Shown here: positions 20,298 through 30,267 of the stretch, piece by piece
Layout of the letters: the number at the start of each line of letters is the position of its first letter
Position numbering within the stretch: the stretch's first letter is position 1
Position numbers and translations under genes: made by a program
Notes under the pieces: generated by a model
Told to the model about the DNA's origin: nothing
Seen by the model: only the letters and a program-made list of their open reading frames with translations
Databases searched by the model: none
Origin: Candidatus Poribacteria bacterium
Lineage (GTDB): Bacteria; Poribacteria; WGA-4E; WGA-3G
Length of the DNA stretch: 64,000 nucleotides
Direction: 5' to 3'
Assembly: GCA_963665235.2 (NCBI GenBank)
Contig: CAXXLX010000001.1
Span: 1,120,001 to 1,184,000, forward strand

Positions 20298-21245
20298 TTA
20301 GCTTCGCCACCATCTCTTTTTTCCCTGATAGGCGGCAAGACGTTTTGAAATCGCTTTGTCCTTTTTGTTGAGACGCAATACCGCCTCACATGCTTCAATT
20401 ACCTTCTGCCTGTCGGAATCGGCATTGGTTGTTTGATAAATATGATGATAACTCTCCGCAATGGCAGTGTAATACTCTACCGGAACGACATCTGGCGGCA
20501 CTTCGGTTGGAAGTTGGACAATCAAAGCGACCGCTTCAGCCCACGCCTCAGCCTTGGCGTGACAGATAACCTGATGATATAAAGGGGTAGGGGTGGAGTC
20601 GTCAAGCCAATACGCCTGCACATAGCACGTAAGAGCATCGGGGTAGGCGGCATTGTCTACATGCAACTGGGCAAGTGCCATATAGAAGGCATATAACCCA
20701 CTATCCGCAATAGTGTAAAGTTCCGGGTCGGTGTTAGCAAGCCAGGCTCTCTCTAATAAAAATTCAATTGCCGAATTTCGCTCCGAGTCGGTGATACGGA
20801 TATCGGTGAGGAGGTGTTTGGCAACAGCAGCGTTCGGAAAAATTTTGGTCCGACTTTTCATTAGCGGGTACGCTTGCACCGGTTTGTCCATGGTGAGGAG
20901 TTTGATACCGGTTGCAATGCGGAAAAGAGAGACGATTTGGTCACCGTTCTGGCGCGACATTTCATCTACAACCTGTTCCCGATTTTGTGAGAAGTGAAGA
21001 TTGAGAGCCTCAAGTGCCTCTCGGATGTTAACATTTTCTGGGTTCAACTGATGGGCCTGTGTCAAGAAACGTTGCGCTGCGAGGAGCTCCCCCCACTCTT
21101 GATAGATACATCCGAGTCGAAAGGTGGCATGGGCGCGCGTTTCAACACCCGTTTCACATCGGATAACGTCAGCGTAAACCTGTATGGCTTGTGCAAGGTG
21201 TCCATCAGCTTCTAAAGTCTCAGCACTGTCAATCAGATTTTTCAT
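20298..21245 (-). CDS. tetratricopeptide repeat protein
   Basis: Helical TPR-like repeats (AIQVYADVI, FLTQAHQLNPEN, CEAVLRLN). Confidence 0.7.
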   Translation of the reverse strand: MKNLIDSAETLEADGHLAQAIQVYADVIRCETGVETRAHATFRLGCIYQEWGELLAAQRFLTQAHQLNPENVNIREALEALNLHFSQNREQVVDEMSRQNGDQIVSLFRIATGIKLLTMDKPVQAYPLMKSRTKIFPNAAVAKHLLTDIRITDSERNSAIEFLLERAWLANTDPELYTIADSGLYAFYMALAQLHVDNAAYPDALTCYVQAYWLDDSTPTPLYHQVICHAKAEAWAEAVALIVQLPTEVPPDVVPVEYYTAIAESYHHIYQTTNADSDRQKVIEACEAVLRLNKKDKAISKRLAAYQGKKRWWRS

Positions 21246-21311
21246 GGCGAATTCCCTTCAACACGGAGGTTTTGTCGGATTTTTCTCAGAGTTCCCAATA
21301 GCTACTCTTCT

Positions 21312-21366
21312 GTAGGAGCGAGCTGTGCTCGCGACCTCTTCTGTAGGAACGTGCTGTGCAAGCGAC
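21312..21366 (+). repeat. two GTAG-type REP-like palindromes
   Basis: GTAGGAGCGAGCTGTGCTCGCGAC and GTAGGAACGTGCTGTGCAAGCGAC, same family as 9779-10140. Confidence 0.75.
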
Positions 21367-21374
21367 GGTTTCCG

Positions 21375-22319
21375 TTACAGTAATTTTAGACACATAACCT
21401 CTAGGACCAATATTTTGTTAACGCGGGTGTTCTGAAGCAGCGTCTTTGCTTGAAAAACAGTTTTGATAGCTCGCTGGAGGCGCGAACGGGAGTAGCGAGG
21501 AACGAGGGTTTTAAGTTCCTCCAGGGTACTGACGTGCGTTATTAACTCCGTAGGTGCCCCTTGCTGCAAAAACAGAAGGTCTCGGTACCACGTTATCAAC
21601 TCGTCTAGGGTTTCCTGATTTTTTTCAAATTGTTCTGCCAATCGGAAGGCGGCTAATGGGTCGGTCTCCTTTAGGATTTCTGGAACGACCTCATTTTCAA
21701 GCATATCCCCTTCAAGTTGTGTGATAGCTTTTCCGACTAAACCGTTTACCATTCCCGCCACGGTGGCAGCCGTTTCTTTATCAACAGGAAATCGTTTCAT
21801 TAAGGCTTCGGTTAATTCGTCAAGGGGCATCGGATAAAATTGGAGAATTTGACAACGGGACCGAATTGTCGGCAGGATAACTTCAAGATTTTCTGTCAAC
21901 AAAATCAAAGTTGATGAAGCCGGGGGTTCCTCAAGTGTTTTAAGCAAGGAATTTGCAGCGTATTCATTCATCCGTTCCGCGTTGGTTAGAATGTAAACTT
22001 TCCGTGGCCCCTCAAGCGGTTGATAGATAATTTGCTGCTGTATTTCACGAATCTGATCGATTTTCATCTGTCCGCCGGCCGGTCGAACAATTTGCAAGTC
22101 CGGATGGTTCCCGTTTTTTATCTTCCTGCAAGGGAGGCATTCTCTGCACGGTGCAGTGCCCGCCATCCTTTGTTCACACAAAATCAAATTTGCGAAGTAG
22201 GCAGCGACTGTCTCCTTACCCACACCGGCTAGCCCGGCAAAGAGATACGCGCCAGCAACACGTTCCGAAGCGACAGCACTATGGAGCTGCTCTATAATGT
22301 TTTGATGCCCTATTATCAT
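21375..22319 (-). CDS. holB: DNA polymerase III subunit delta'
   Basis: AYLFAG..GVGK, Cys4 zinc motif, HPD, ANSLLKTLEEP and TIRSRCQ; start MIIGHQ. Confidence 0.92.
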   Translation of the reverse strand: MIIGHQNIIEQLHSAVASERVAGAYLFAGLAGVGKETVAAYFANLILCEQRMAGTAPCRECLPCRKIKNGNHPDLQIVRPAGGQMKIDQIREIQQQIIYQPLEGPRKVYILTNAERMNEYAANSLLKTLEEPPASSTLILLTENLEVILPTIRSRCQILQFYPMPLDELTEALMKRFPVDKETAATVAGMVNGLVGKAITQLEGDMLENEVVPEILKETDPLAAFRLAEQFEKNQETLDELITWYRDLLFLQQGAPTELITHVSTLEELKTLVPRYSRSRLQRAIKTVFQAKTLLQNTRVNKILVLEVMCLKLL

Positions 22320-22746
22320 AATATTCGGTGTCAAAACCCCCAAGCTTTAGCTGGGGGATGTAGACACCGCTAAAAACTTTGATTGCACACTAAACCTTTT
22401 AGACTATTTTTCGTTTAAATAGTTAGAGTGTACGGTTGCTATAGAGGGCAGTTACGCGCCTCATGATTAGACTTCCTATAGTGTAAAGCTCTAATGTCGT
22501 AGTCAGAAAGTGTAGCATGACAGTCGTTAGTAGGGAAAGACAGGTAATGCTGAAACCCGTTTGAACAATACGACTCAAAACAAATTTCACAAGGACACTT
22601 CGGTGTCGCAGTCGGGGTAGCGACTGTTGCAGTAGGCTTCTGTCCCTGGAGAACCGCTATAGGTTTTCTAAACAAGGTCGTTAATCGCACGAACGCTTTC
22701 GCATAACTTTGCGGAAGCCCCCTTGCTTTAGCTGGGGGTCTATCAC
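22320..22746 (+). mobile_element. non-autonomous IS200/IS605-family mini-element without transposase (possible TnpB-type right-end RNA remnant)
   Basis: Left hairpin GGTGTCAAAACCCCCAAGCTTTAGCTGGGGGATGTAGACACC preceded by TCAT; right hairpin GAAGCCCCCTTGCTTTAGCTGGGGGTCTATCAC ending in TCAC. Confidence 0.7.
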
Positions 22747-22775
22747 GGTATTGTGCATCTCTTTGTCCGTGAGTT

Positions 22776-23405
22776 TCAATTTGTCCGCAGTGATTTGATA
22801 ACTTTTTCCGTTTCTGTTAGGAGCATAAGGTGAATGTCATCAACGTCAAGTTGTGCATCGATTAGTTTGACCCGCTGTGGGTCCGCTGCTGCGATGGCTA
22901 GATACCCCTCCCTCACCTTTTCATGCGACGCTAACGCCTCAAGCTCTATGCGGGTAAGGGGTTCCGCTGATTCCCGTTTCCGCTGGCATCCAATATCTGG
23001 GGGCAGGTCAAGTAGAAATGTTCTGTCCGGGGTTAATCCGGCTGTGGCAATATGGTTTACCTGCTCTATAAGCGGACAGTCAATCCCCTTGCGATATCCC
23101 TGATAAGCGATGGTAGCATCGATGAACCGGTCGCAGATAACAGTCCGTCCAGCGTTGAGTGCCGGCTGGATACGCTCGGTGACGTGCTGGGCGCGTGCGG
23201 CAGCAATTAGCAGCAATTCGGTTACGGCTGCCATGTCGTGATGTGTAAAAAAGAGTTCACGAATCTGTTCGGACAGCGGTGTGCCGCCGGGTTCCCGCGT
23301 AACAAGAACATCTCCGTCGAGTGCTTCTGCTAATCGGTGTGCCTGCGTTGTTTTGCCAGCCCCCTCTACACCTTCTAATGTGATAAAAATTCCTCTGTGT
23401 TTCAT
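22776..23405 (-). CDS. tmk: thymidylate kinase
   Basis: EGVEGAGKTTQ, TREPGGT and DRFIDATIAYQG motifs. Confidence 0.95.
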   Translation of the reverse strand: MKHRGIFITLEGVEGAGKTTQAHRLAEALDGDVLVTREPGGTPLSEQIRELFFTHHDMAAVTELLLIAAARAQHVTERIQPALNAGRTVICDRFIDATIAYQGYRKGIDCPLIEQVNHIATAGLTPDRTFLLDLPPDIGCQRKRESAEPLTRIELEALASHEKVREGYLAIAAADPQRVKLIDAQLDVDDIHLMLLTETEKVIKSLRTN

Positions 23406-23581
23406 TGTTTTAAAATGATACCATATTGTGCCAAACGTATCAAGCAAAATTTTCTAGGAATTTCAATTTTCTTGACATAAACATATATTCCATGCTATTA
23501 TAAAAAAACGGTTTAACGGTTTAGTTGTATTAACAGATTTAGGCAATTTGCTAAGCAGCAAGGAGCGGAAGTTCAAATCCA

Positions 23582-26179
23582 ATGAGACAGAGTATCCAGA
23601 AAATAAGAACAGAATGGTGCCCCAAGCAACCAGACATTGACGTAAGTCTTGCACTTGCAGCCGAACTCGGGCTTTCCCCGCTAGTCGCCTGTCTACTTGT
23701 CAATCGTGGCATTAAGACAGCACAGCAGGCGAAAACTTATTTGGAGCCGACCTTTGCCGACCTACACTCCCCGTTCGATATGGCTGATATGGGGAAAGCG
23801 GTGGAGCGTATCCGGCGAGCGATAGAAAACGGTGAGCAGATTTACATTTATGGCGATTTTGATGCGGATGGAACAACATCGACTGCTCTCCTGCTAAATG
23901 TGTTTCGGCATCTGGATGTCTCTGCTAACTATCACATTCCTAATCGATTCACTGATGGCTATGGGCTTAATAAAAAGGCGGTTGAAAAGATATGTAAAGA
24001 TGGGGGCAACCTGTTAATTACGGTCGATTGCGGCATTCGTTCAATAGATGAAATTGAACGCGCAAATGAACTCGGCATGGATGTGATTCTTACCGACCAT
24101 CATCAGCCGCCTGAAGGCTTCCCGCCGCCTGCACACGCTATTATTTCGCCGAAGGTAGAAGGAAACGAATACCCTTACGCGGATTTAGCAGGGGTCGGGT
24201 TAGCTTTCAAAATGGCGCAAGCATTGATAGAAAACGATGAACCGTTTCTCGTTTCACTGCTAGATTTGGTCGTGTTAGGCACAGTGGCAGACATAACCCC
24301 GCTCACGGGGGAAAATCGCACGTTAACTCGCCTCGGGCTAACAGAAATTAATAAGCGGAACCGGCCCGGTATTGAGGCATTGTGCAATGTGGCGGGGTAC
24401 CAGGACAAGCCGCTTGTCGGACAGTCGCTCTCATTTGGCCTGGGACCCCGGATAAATGCAGCGGGACGAGTCGCTACCGCACAAAAAGCGGTTGAACTGC
24501 TGACAACCGAATCCAGCGAAACTGCCCAAAAACTTGCAGCGGAGTTAGACGGTTACAACGAAGAACGTAAAGAGATTGTAAATGAGATTCAGGAAGAAGC
24601 TGTAGAGCACCTTGAAAAAGATAAAAAATTAGAGCAGAACACCGGATTGGTAGTGGAGGGTGAATGGTCTGAGAAAGCACAAGGCGTTGTCGGAATTGTT
24701 GCATCACGCCTAGTTAATCAATACTACCGGCCTGTTTTCGTTCTCGCTATTAATGGGGACGAGGCAACCGGGTCAGGCCGTTGTATTGAGGGTATGAATC
24801 TCGCGGACAGTTTGACCAGCTGCGCCAATTTACTGATTAAATACGGCGGGCACGCGGCAGCAGCGGGGGTTACGCTGAAAACTAAAAATATCGCTCAGTT
24901 CGAAAAGGCATTTAACGAATACGCGTGCGAAAATCTCACCGAAGCTGACTTAAAACCGAAGCTGACTCTGGATTTTGAAACAGAGCTCGCGGCTCTAACG
25001 TTAGAAACCTTAGAACAATTTGAAAAATTGGAACCGTTTGGGGAGCAAAATCGTGCCCCCTGTTTCTCAAAGATGGGGGCGGCGATTAAAGGGAACCCCA
25101 CAGCGATGGGGAAAAAAAAGAAAGAACACCTCAAGATGTTTGTCAGCGATAGCAGCAACGGCCCCCCTAAAAAGGCAATCGGCTGGCGGAAAGCGGAATA
25201 CATCACATCTCTCAAAAATCGTAATATCTCGTTAGATATCGCATTTTCACCAAGTATCAATGAATATCAGGGAGTTCGCTCGGTCCAACTTACTCTCGAA
25301 GACTTTCATATCCATACAGCAAACCGGGCACCTAACTTAACACTCTTTCCGCCTGGCGATAAGCCTGCTTCTGTCCGAGTTGTTGACCATCGCAATCAGC
25401 CAAAAAAGGATTACCTTTTAAACTTGATTAAAACAGGCGAACCGAGTATAATCTATGTACAAAGCTCAGAGAAACAGGCACAATTGTTGACAAAGGTTAT
25501 CCCTGAAAAGTCGGCAGTTATCGGTCGACACGACGCGACAACCTCGGAGGCGGAAGAGATTGCTTTATTGAAAAAACTTGAAAGTGGCGAGCTGCATGCA
25601 GCTGTTTCCGATACAACGTTTTCTGATGCAGCCCTAGAAGCGGTGCCTATTGTAAAGCATTTAGTGTTTTGCCATCTTGTACCCCAGCGCGAATGTTTTT
25701 TCAGGAAATGCCGACCCGCAGCAAGTTCTAAAGAGACGACACGCATCCATCTCATCTATAATAAGGATTCAGATGTGGCGTTGCTAACGGAGTGGGTGCT
25801 GCGAAAATATCCAGATGATAACGCGCTCCGGGCATTTTACAAAAAATTAAAAGAGATAGCCGGCACCGATTTCATCGACTTGGAAACGTTTACAGATGCC
25901 TTGGGAACTGATTCGGAGTGTGCAATTGAAACCGGGCTTACTATCTTCGAAGAGCTACAATTGCTTGAACAGAAGACCGTGGCGGGACAATCCCAGGTAA
26001 AAGTCCTACCCGCCAAGAAAACGGGATTAGATAGGTCAAAAACGTATCTTAAATGTCAATGGCTTAGGCAGACATGTCGGACGTTTTTGAAGTTTCAACG
26101 TCAGGAAAACATCGAACAAATTTGGAGACAGGTAAAAGATGAGTGTAGAATCCCTGATTCAGAAGATTCAGAAACATAA
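23582..26179 (+). CDS. recJ: single-stranded DNA exonuclease RecJ with C-terminal extension
   Basis: GDFDADG, TVDCG, TDHH, PRINAAGR and YGGHAAAAG motifs. Confidence 0.93.
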   Translation: MRQSIQKIRTEWCPKQPDIDVSLALAAELGLSPLVACLLVNRGIKTAQQAKTYLEPTFADLHSPFDMADMGKAVERIRRAIENGEQIYIYGDFDADGTTSTALLLNVFRHLDVSANYHIPNRFTDGYGLNKKAVEKICKDGGNLLITVDCGIRSIDEIERANELGMDVILTDHHQPPEGFPPPAHAIISPKVEGNEYPYADLAGVGLAFKMAQALIENDEPFLVSLLDLVVLGTVADITPLTGENRTLTRLGLTEINKRNRPGIEALCNVAGYQDKPLVGQSLSFGLGPRINAAGRVATAQKAVELLTTESSETAQKLAAELDGYNEERKEIVNEIQEEAVEHLEKDKKLEQNTGLVVEGEWSEKAQGVVGIVASRLVNQYYRPVFVLAINGDEATGSGRCIEGMNLADSLTSCANLLIKYGGHAAAAGVTLKTKNIAQFEKAFNEYACENLTEADLKPKLTLDFETELAALTLETLEQFEKLEPFGEQNRAPCFSKMGAAIKGNPTAMGKKKKEHLKMFVSDSSNGPPKKAIGWRKAEYITSLKNRNISLDIAFSPSINEYQGVRSVQLTLEDFHIHTANRAPNLTLFPPGDKPASVRVVDHRNQPKKDYLLNLIKTGEPSIIYVQSSEKQAQLLTKVIPEKSAVIGRHDATTSEAEEIALLKKLESGELHAAVSDTTFSDAALEAVPIVKHLVFCHLVPQRECFFRKCRPAASSKETTRIHLIYNKDSDVALLTEWVLRKYPDDNALRAFYKKLKEIAGTDFIDLETFTDALGTDSECAIETGLTIFEELQLLEQKTVAGQSQVKVLPAKKTGLDRSKTYLKCQWLRQTCRTFLKFQRQENIEQIWRQVKDECRIPDSEDSET

Positions 26180-28322
26180 TCCGGAGGCGGAAATCGATTT
26201 TGACCGCTTCGCGGCATGTTACACATTTGCTGAAGATGCACATAAACATCAACGTCGAAAGTCCGGAGAACCGTATTTCACCCACTGTGTAAAAACTGCG
26301 GAGACACTCGCCCGGCTACGGTTGGATTCAGATACAATCTGTGCTGGCTTGATGCACGATGTGTTAGAAGATACAGGCATTACGCGTTTAGATATGGAAA
26401 AACAGTTCGGAAAAAGCATCGCGAATTTGGTTGAGGGGGTAACAAAAATCGGTAAATATCAGTTCGACAGCGGGCAGCGCAAACGGCAAGCGGAAACCTA
26501 TCGAAAACTTTTGTTAGCCACCGCAGAAGATATGCGTGTTATTTTGATTAAACTCGCCGACCGACTCCACAACATGGAGACACTAGAATATCTATCCCTC
26601 GAAAAACAGCAACGGATTTCCAAAGAGACGTTGGAAATCTATGCACCGATTGCCCATCGCCTCGGAATCTGGTGGCTCATGAGCCGGCTTGAAGATTTAT
26701 CACTTAAATATCTTTACCCAGATGAATACAGAGAAATCGCCAATCTGCTCGACGAAAAATTGGTCGAACGGCAGGCGTACTGTAAGAAAATGGAGGCAAT
26801 AATTCACGCAGAATTGGCGAAATCCAACATCTCCGCGCAGGTCAAGGGACGCACCAAGCATATTTATAGCATCTACCAGAAGATGCATCAGAAAGGCACG
26901 CCGTTTAAAGAAATTTGTGACTTGGTGGGCATCCGCATCGTTGTTAAAGATAATGAAACCGCTGTTAAAGATAAGGAAACCGCCCGCAAGGGAAATGCTT
27001 GTTACGTTGTACTCGGTGTGTTACATCACAAATGGGGTTACCACCCAAACCGCCTCCGAGATTGGATTGGACAACCCAAAAAAAACGGATATCAATCCTT
27101 GCATACCACTATTTTAGACAACGGCAAACCGGTTGAAATCCAGATTCGGAGCCCGGAGATGAACGAGGTCGCTGAAAACGGTATCGCAGCACACTGGGGT
27201 TATAAGGAGGGGGTACCTATAAGCGAAGAGGGACGCTCAATTTACGCCAATTATAAGGAGATGCTTGAAGACCTCCAAGATACACAGGATGGCCCGCACC
27301 GGTTCATTGAATCTATGAAGCTCAACCTCTTCCAAGATGAAGTTTACGTCTTTACACCGAAAGGGGACATTCACGCGCTCCCAGCAGGTTCAACGGCAAT
27401 TGATTTCGCATACAAAATTCACACCGATATCGGGCACACCTGTTGTGGTGCAGAGGTGAATAATGTGCTTACGCCTATCCGTGAACCGCTCCAGAATGGG
27501 GACCGCGTTAATATTCTCACAGACGCAAACTGCACACCGAGTAAAAAATGGTTGCAATTTGTAAAAACAGCTAACGCGCGCAGCAAAATTCGGCACTGGT
27601 TTCGCGACAAAGACCGCGAAGGCTGGCTCAAATTAGGGAAGCAGCTCCTCAAAAACGAACTTCAAGCCTCCTACCTCAATGCTAAAGACTATCTGAAGTC
27701 ACCTAAATTGCTTGATATTGCAAAGGAGCTTGGACTTGACAGTGCTGATGAACTTTACATCCGCATCGGGATGGGGAACGAGTCCGCCACCCAGGTAGTC
27801 AATCGCTTGAAACCTGAAAAGGTAGAACCCGCAGCGGAAGAAGCAATTGCTGCCCAACACCGTTCAGAACCCACTATACAACTTGAAAATGGTATTGACA
27901 TAGGCGGATTAGAACGGCTTATGAAATGCTGTAACCCGATTCCGGGAGACGATATTATCGGTTACGTGACACGGGGACGCGGTGTCTCTGTACATAGAGC
28001 GGGCTGCACTCGGCTGCTTGATGAACCGGAGCGTTTTGTCGCAATCCGAAACTGGGAAGCAGAAGAAAGCATCACCTACCCGGCACAAATTTTTATTGAA
28101 TGTCACGATAAGCCCGGCATGCTACGCGAAATTACAGCCGCAATCGCTAAATTTCAAGTTAACATTCGCGAAGGCAGCTTCAAACCCTCAACCATTACCA
28201 GAATTAACGACACCGCTACAGATTACTTTATACTTGATGTAACCGGTGCCGCACAGTTAGAGGAAGTCATGAACGCAATTAAACAGCTAAAAGGTGTCCA
28301 AAGCGTCATCCGAAAAATTTAG
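26139..28322 (+). CDS. relA: bifunctional (p)ppGpp synthetase/hydrolase (long RSH)
   Basis: HD domain (MHDVLED), IKLADRLHNM, NGYQSLHT, EIQIRS, plus TGS and ACT domains. Confidence 0.93.
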   Translation: MSVESLIQKIQKHNPEAEIDFDRFAACYTFAEDAHKHQRRKSGEPYFTHCVKTAETLARLRLDSDTICAGLMHDVLEDTGITRLDMEKQFGKSIANLVEGVTKIGKYQFDSGQRKRQAETYRKLLLATAEDMRVILIKLADRLHNMETLEYLSLEKQQRISKETLEIYAPIAHRLGIWWLMSRLEDLSLKYLYPDEYREIANLLDEKLVERQAYCKKMEAIIHAELAKSNISAQVKGRTKHIYSIYQKMHQKGTPFKEICDLVGIRIVVKDNETAVKDKETARKGNACYVVLGVLHHKWGYHPNRLRDWIGQPKKNGYQSLHTTILDNGKPVEIQIRSPEMNEVAENGIAAHWGYKEGVPISEEGRSIYANYKEMLEDLQDTQDGPHRFIESMKLNLFQDEVYVFTPKGDIHALPAGSTAIDFAYKIHTDIGHTCCGAEVNNVLTPIREPLQNGDRVNILTDANCTPSKKWLQFVKTANARSKIRHWFRDKDREGWLKLGKQLLKNELQASYLNAKDYLKSPKLLDIAKELGLDSADELYIRIGMGNESATQVVNRLKPEKVEPAAEEAIAAQHRSEPTIQLENGIDIGGLERLMKCCNPIPGDDIIGYVTRGRGVSVHRAGCTRLLDEPERFVAIRNWEAEESITYPAQIFIECHDKPGMLREITAAIAKFQVNIREGSFKPSTITRINDTATDYFILDVTGAAQLEEVMNAIKQLKGVQSVIRKI

Positions 28323-28328
28323 CAATGT

Positions 28329-28565
28329 TTATAACTGAGCAGACATTCGAGAAACGATTTTATTTACTTTACCGCTTCGTAAGCATTTTGTACAGATGCG
28401 AATCCGCCTCGGGCCCGACTCAGTTTGAACCCGCACGCGTTGGAGATTCGGCAACCAGCGACGTTTGCTACGACTCACAACATACTTGGGATTTTCACGG
28501 GGCCGCTTCGTAACAGCGTTACCAGATATAGGTTTTTTTCCACACAATTTACATATTCGTGCCAA
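28329..28565 (-). CDS. rpmB: 50S ribosomal protein L28
   Basis: ARICKLCGK..GN..KRRWLPNLQ..ICTKCLRSGKV. Confidence 0.92.
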   Translation of the reverse strand: MARICKLCGKKPISGNAVTKRPRENPKYVVSRSKRRWLPNLQRVRVQTESGPRRIRICTKCLRSGKVNKIVSRMSAQL

Positions 28566-28646
28566 TTTGAACGCCTCCTTTACTTGAAAACTTAAATCTA
28601 AAATATAATAATCCGGTACTTAAGGGTACCACAATTGGAGCAGCAA

Positions 28647-29447
28647 ATGCAAATTTTTCTTTCAAAAAACAGCTTAATCCTATTTTTACTAGGACTTTCA
28701 ATCCTGTTCGCATGTGGCGCGTCCGAGAAAGATGACGAAGTACCACCTGAACCACCTCCGCCAACCGGAACGCTTGAATACGGCACCGTATCGGGGACCA
28801 TTACCGATGCAGGAACAAAAAATCCGATTCCAGGCGCAACTGTTACACTGCTTGACCAAGAAATCAAAACCGAGGTAGATGGTATGTACGCATTTCAAGA
28901 GGTACCCTACGCGGATACCCACACCTTAATAATAAAGGACCCCGATTACAAAACGCATACAGCAGATTTTTCGATAAACCAAGAACGTTTGGTCATCAAT
29001 GTGGAACTCACCCCCAAACATGACCCAGAGGTGGAATTAACACAATTCCTTGAGAATCTTTCGGACCTGCTGGAAACGTTGGACCCAGAAAACAGAGAAG
29101 CGATTCAGGCTCTTTTCTCAGAGTCTTACGTGGCAGCTGATGACCCGGTCACGGATTTTGCTGTCACCACGGGGGTCGTTCCAGCAAATTATGAAAAAGT
29201 TATACCAACCGTTATAGCCCTCTTCGAAACCTATACCTCACTGAAATTCACTTTCAAAGATATAAAAATGGACATAACCCATGCAAGAAAAGCAGCACTC
29301 AGCGTCCTGCTTGATATAAACGCTACGAACGCAGAAGAAGACAATGCAAGGCACCTTGAGGCGAAGTCTCTTTTCGAATTCCGTCGGGAGGGTGAGGCGT
29401 GGAAAATTATCTATTGGCAGGTCTTACAGATAAACCTATTGCAATAG
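28647..29447 (+). CDS. lipoprotein with carboxypeptidase-regulatory-like domain
   Basis: Lipobox LFAC; GTVSGTITDAGTKNPIPGATV. Confidence 0.75.
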   Translation: MQIFLSKNSLILFLLGLSILFACGASEKDDEVPPEPPPPTGTLEYGTVSGTITDAGTKNPIPGATVTLLDQEIKTEVDGMYAFQEVPYADTHTLIIKDPDYKTHTADFSINQERLVINVELTPKHDPEVELTQFLENLSDLLETLDPENREAIQALFSESYVAADDPVTDFAVTTGVVPANYEKVIPTVIALFETYTSLKFTFKDIKMDITHARKAALSVLLDINATNAEEDNARHLEAKSLFEFRREGEAWKIIYWQVLQINLLQ

Positions 29448-30263
29448 ATTAGCTAACGCTGCAAACTCCGTAATATTTAGTGTTTCAGGCCGCCGTTGCG
29501 GCGCAATGTCCAATGCTGCAAGGGCACCTGACAACGTCTCTGCCGATGCAAACCGACGTAACGAATTTTTGAGCATCTTCCGTCTGCCACGAAACGCCTC
29601 ACGAACCAGTTTAAAAAAGAACGTTGCATCATCTACAGAAACCCGCGGTTCATCAAGCATCGTCAGTTTTAGCAGGGCTGAATCCACCTGCGGAGCAGGA
29701 TAAAAATTGTCTGGGGAAAGCACGTTAATTAACTCGGTATCCGCAAAATAGGAAACTCCCACCGTCAATGCTCCGTAAGTCTTCCCCCCAGGCGAGGCAA
29801 CAATCCGTTCAGCGACCTCGCGCTGCATCATTAAGACGCAGCTGTCCAGCTGCTGGGCATACTCCAAAAGTTTCCACAAAATGGGGGTGGTAATCCCATA
29901 CGGGAGATTGGCGATAACTTTCGGCTGAACCCCCGACGGTAATAAGGTTGAAAACTCCAACTTAAGAATATCCCCCTGAACAATCCGGATTGCCGAATCA
30001 GCCGAAAATTGGGCATCCAATGCCGCAGATAACAGCGGGTCCACTTCAACAGCTATCACCTTTGCTGCGCGAGCTGCCAAAACAGCCGTGAGGCAGCCCA
30101 GGCCCGCACCGATTTCTATGACTACATCGGTCTCTGCTACTTCACCGGCTTCAACGATAATTGATAAAACATCAGGATTGATAAGAAAGTGCTGTCCCAA
30201 TCGCTTTTTGGGATGTGTGCCGTGTGTTCTAAGAAACGCGCGGACATGTTGCTCAAGTGTCAT
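29436..30263 (-). CDS. rsmA: 16S rRNA adenine dimethyltransferase
   Basis: KKRLGQHFL, EIGAGLG, ANLPYGIT and QREVAERI motifs. Confidence 0.95.
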   Translation of the reverse strand: MTLEQHVRAFLRTHGTHPKKRLGQHFLINPDVLSIIVEAGEVAETDVVIEIGAGLGCLTAVLAARAAKVIAVEVDPLLSAALDAQFSADSAIRIVQGDILKLEFSTLLPSGVQPKVIANLPYGITTPILWKLLEYAQQLDSCVLMMQREVAERIVASPGGKTYGALTVGVSYFADTELINVLSPDNFYPAPQVDSALLKLTMLDEPRVSVDDATFFFKLVREAFRGRRKMLKNSLRRFASAETLSGALAALDIAPQRRPETLNITEFAALANLLQ

Positions 30264-30267
30264 CGGT

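Noticed and set aside
22439-22690. 83-aa ORF inside the IS200/IS605 mini-element
   Set aside because: No HUH, RuvC or HNH motifs; likely spurious.
26941-26985. 21-bp tandem duplication in relA (KDNETAVKDKETA)
   Set aside because: Small in-frame loop duplication with no evidence of special function.
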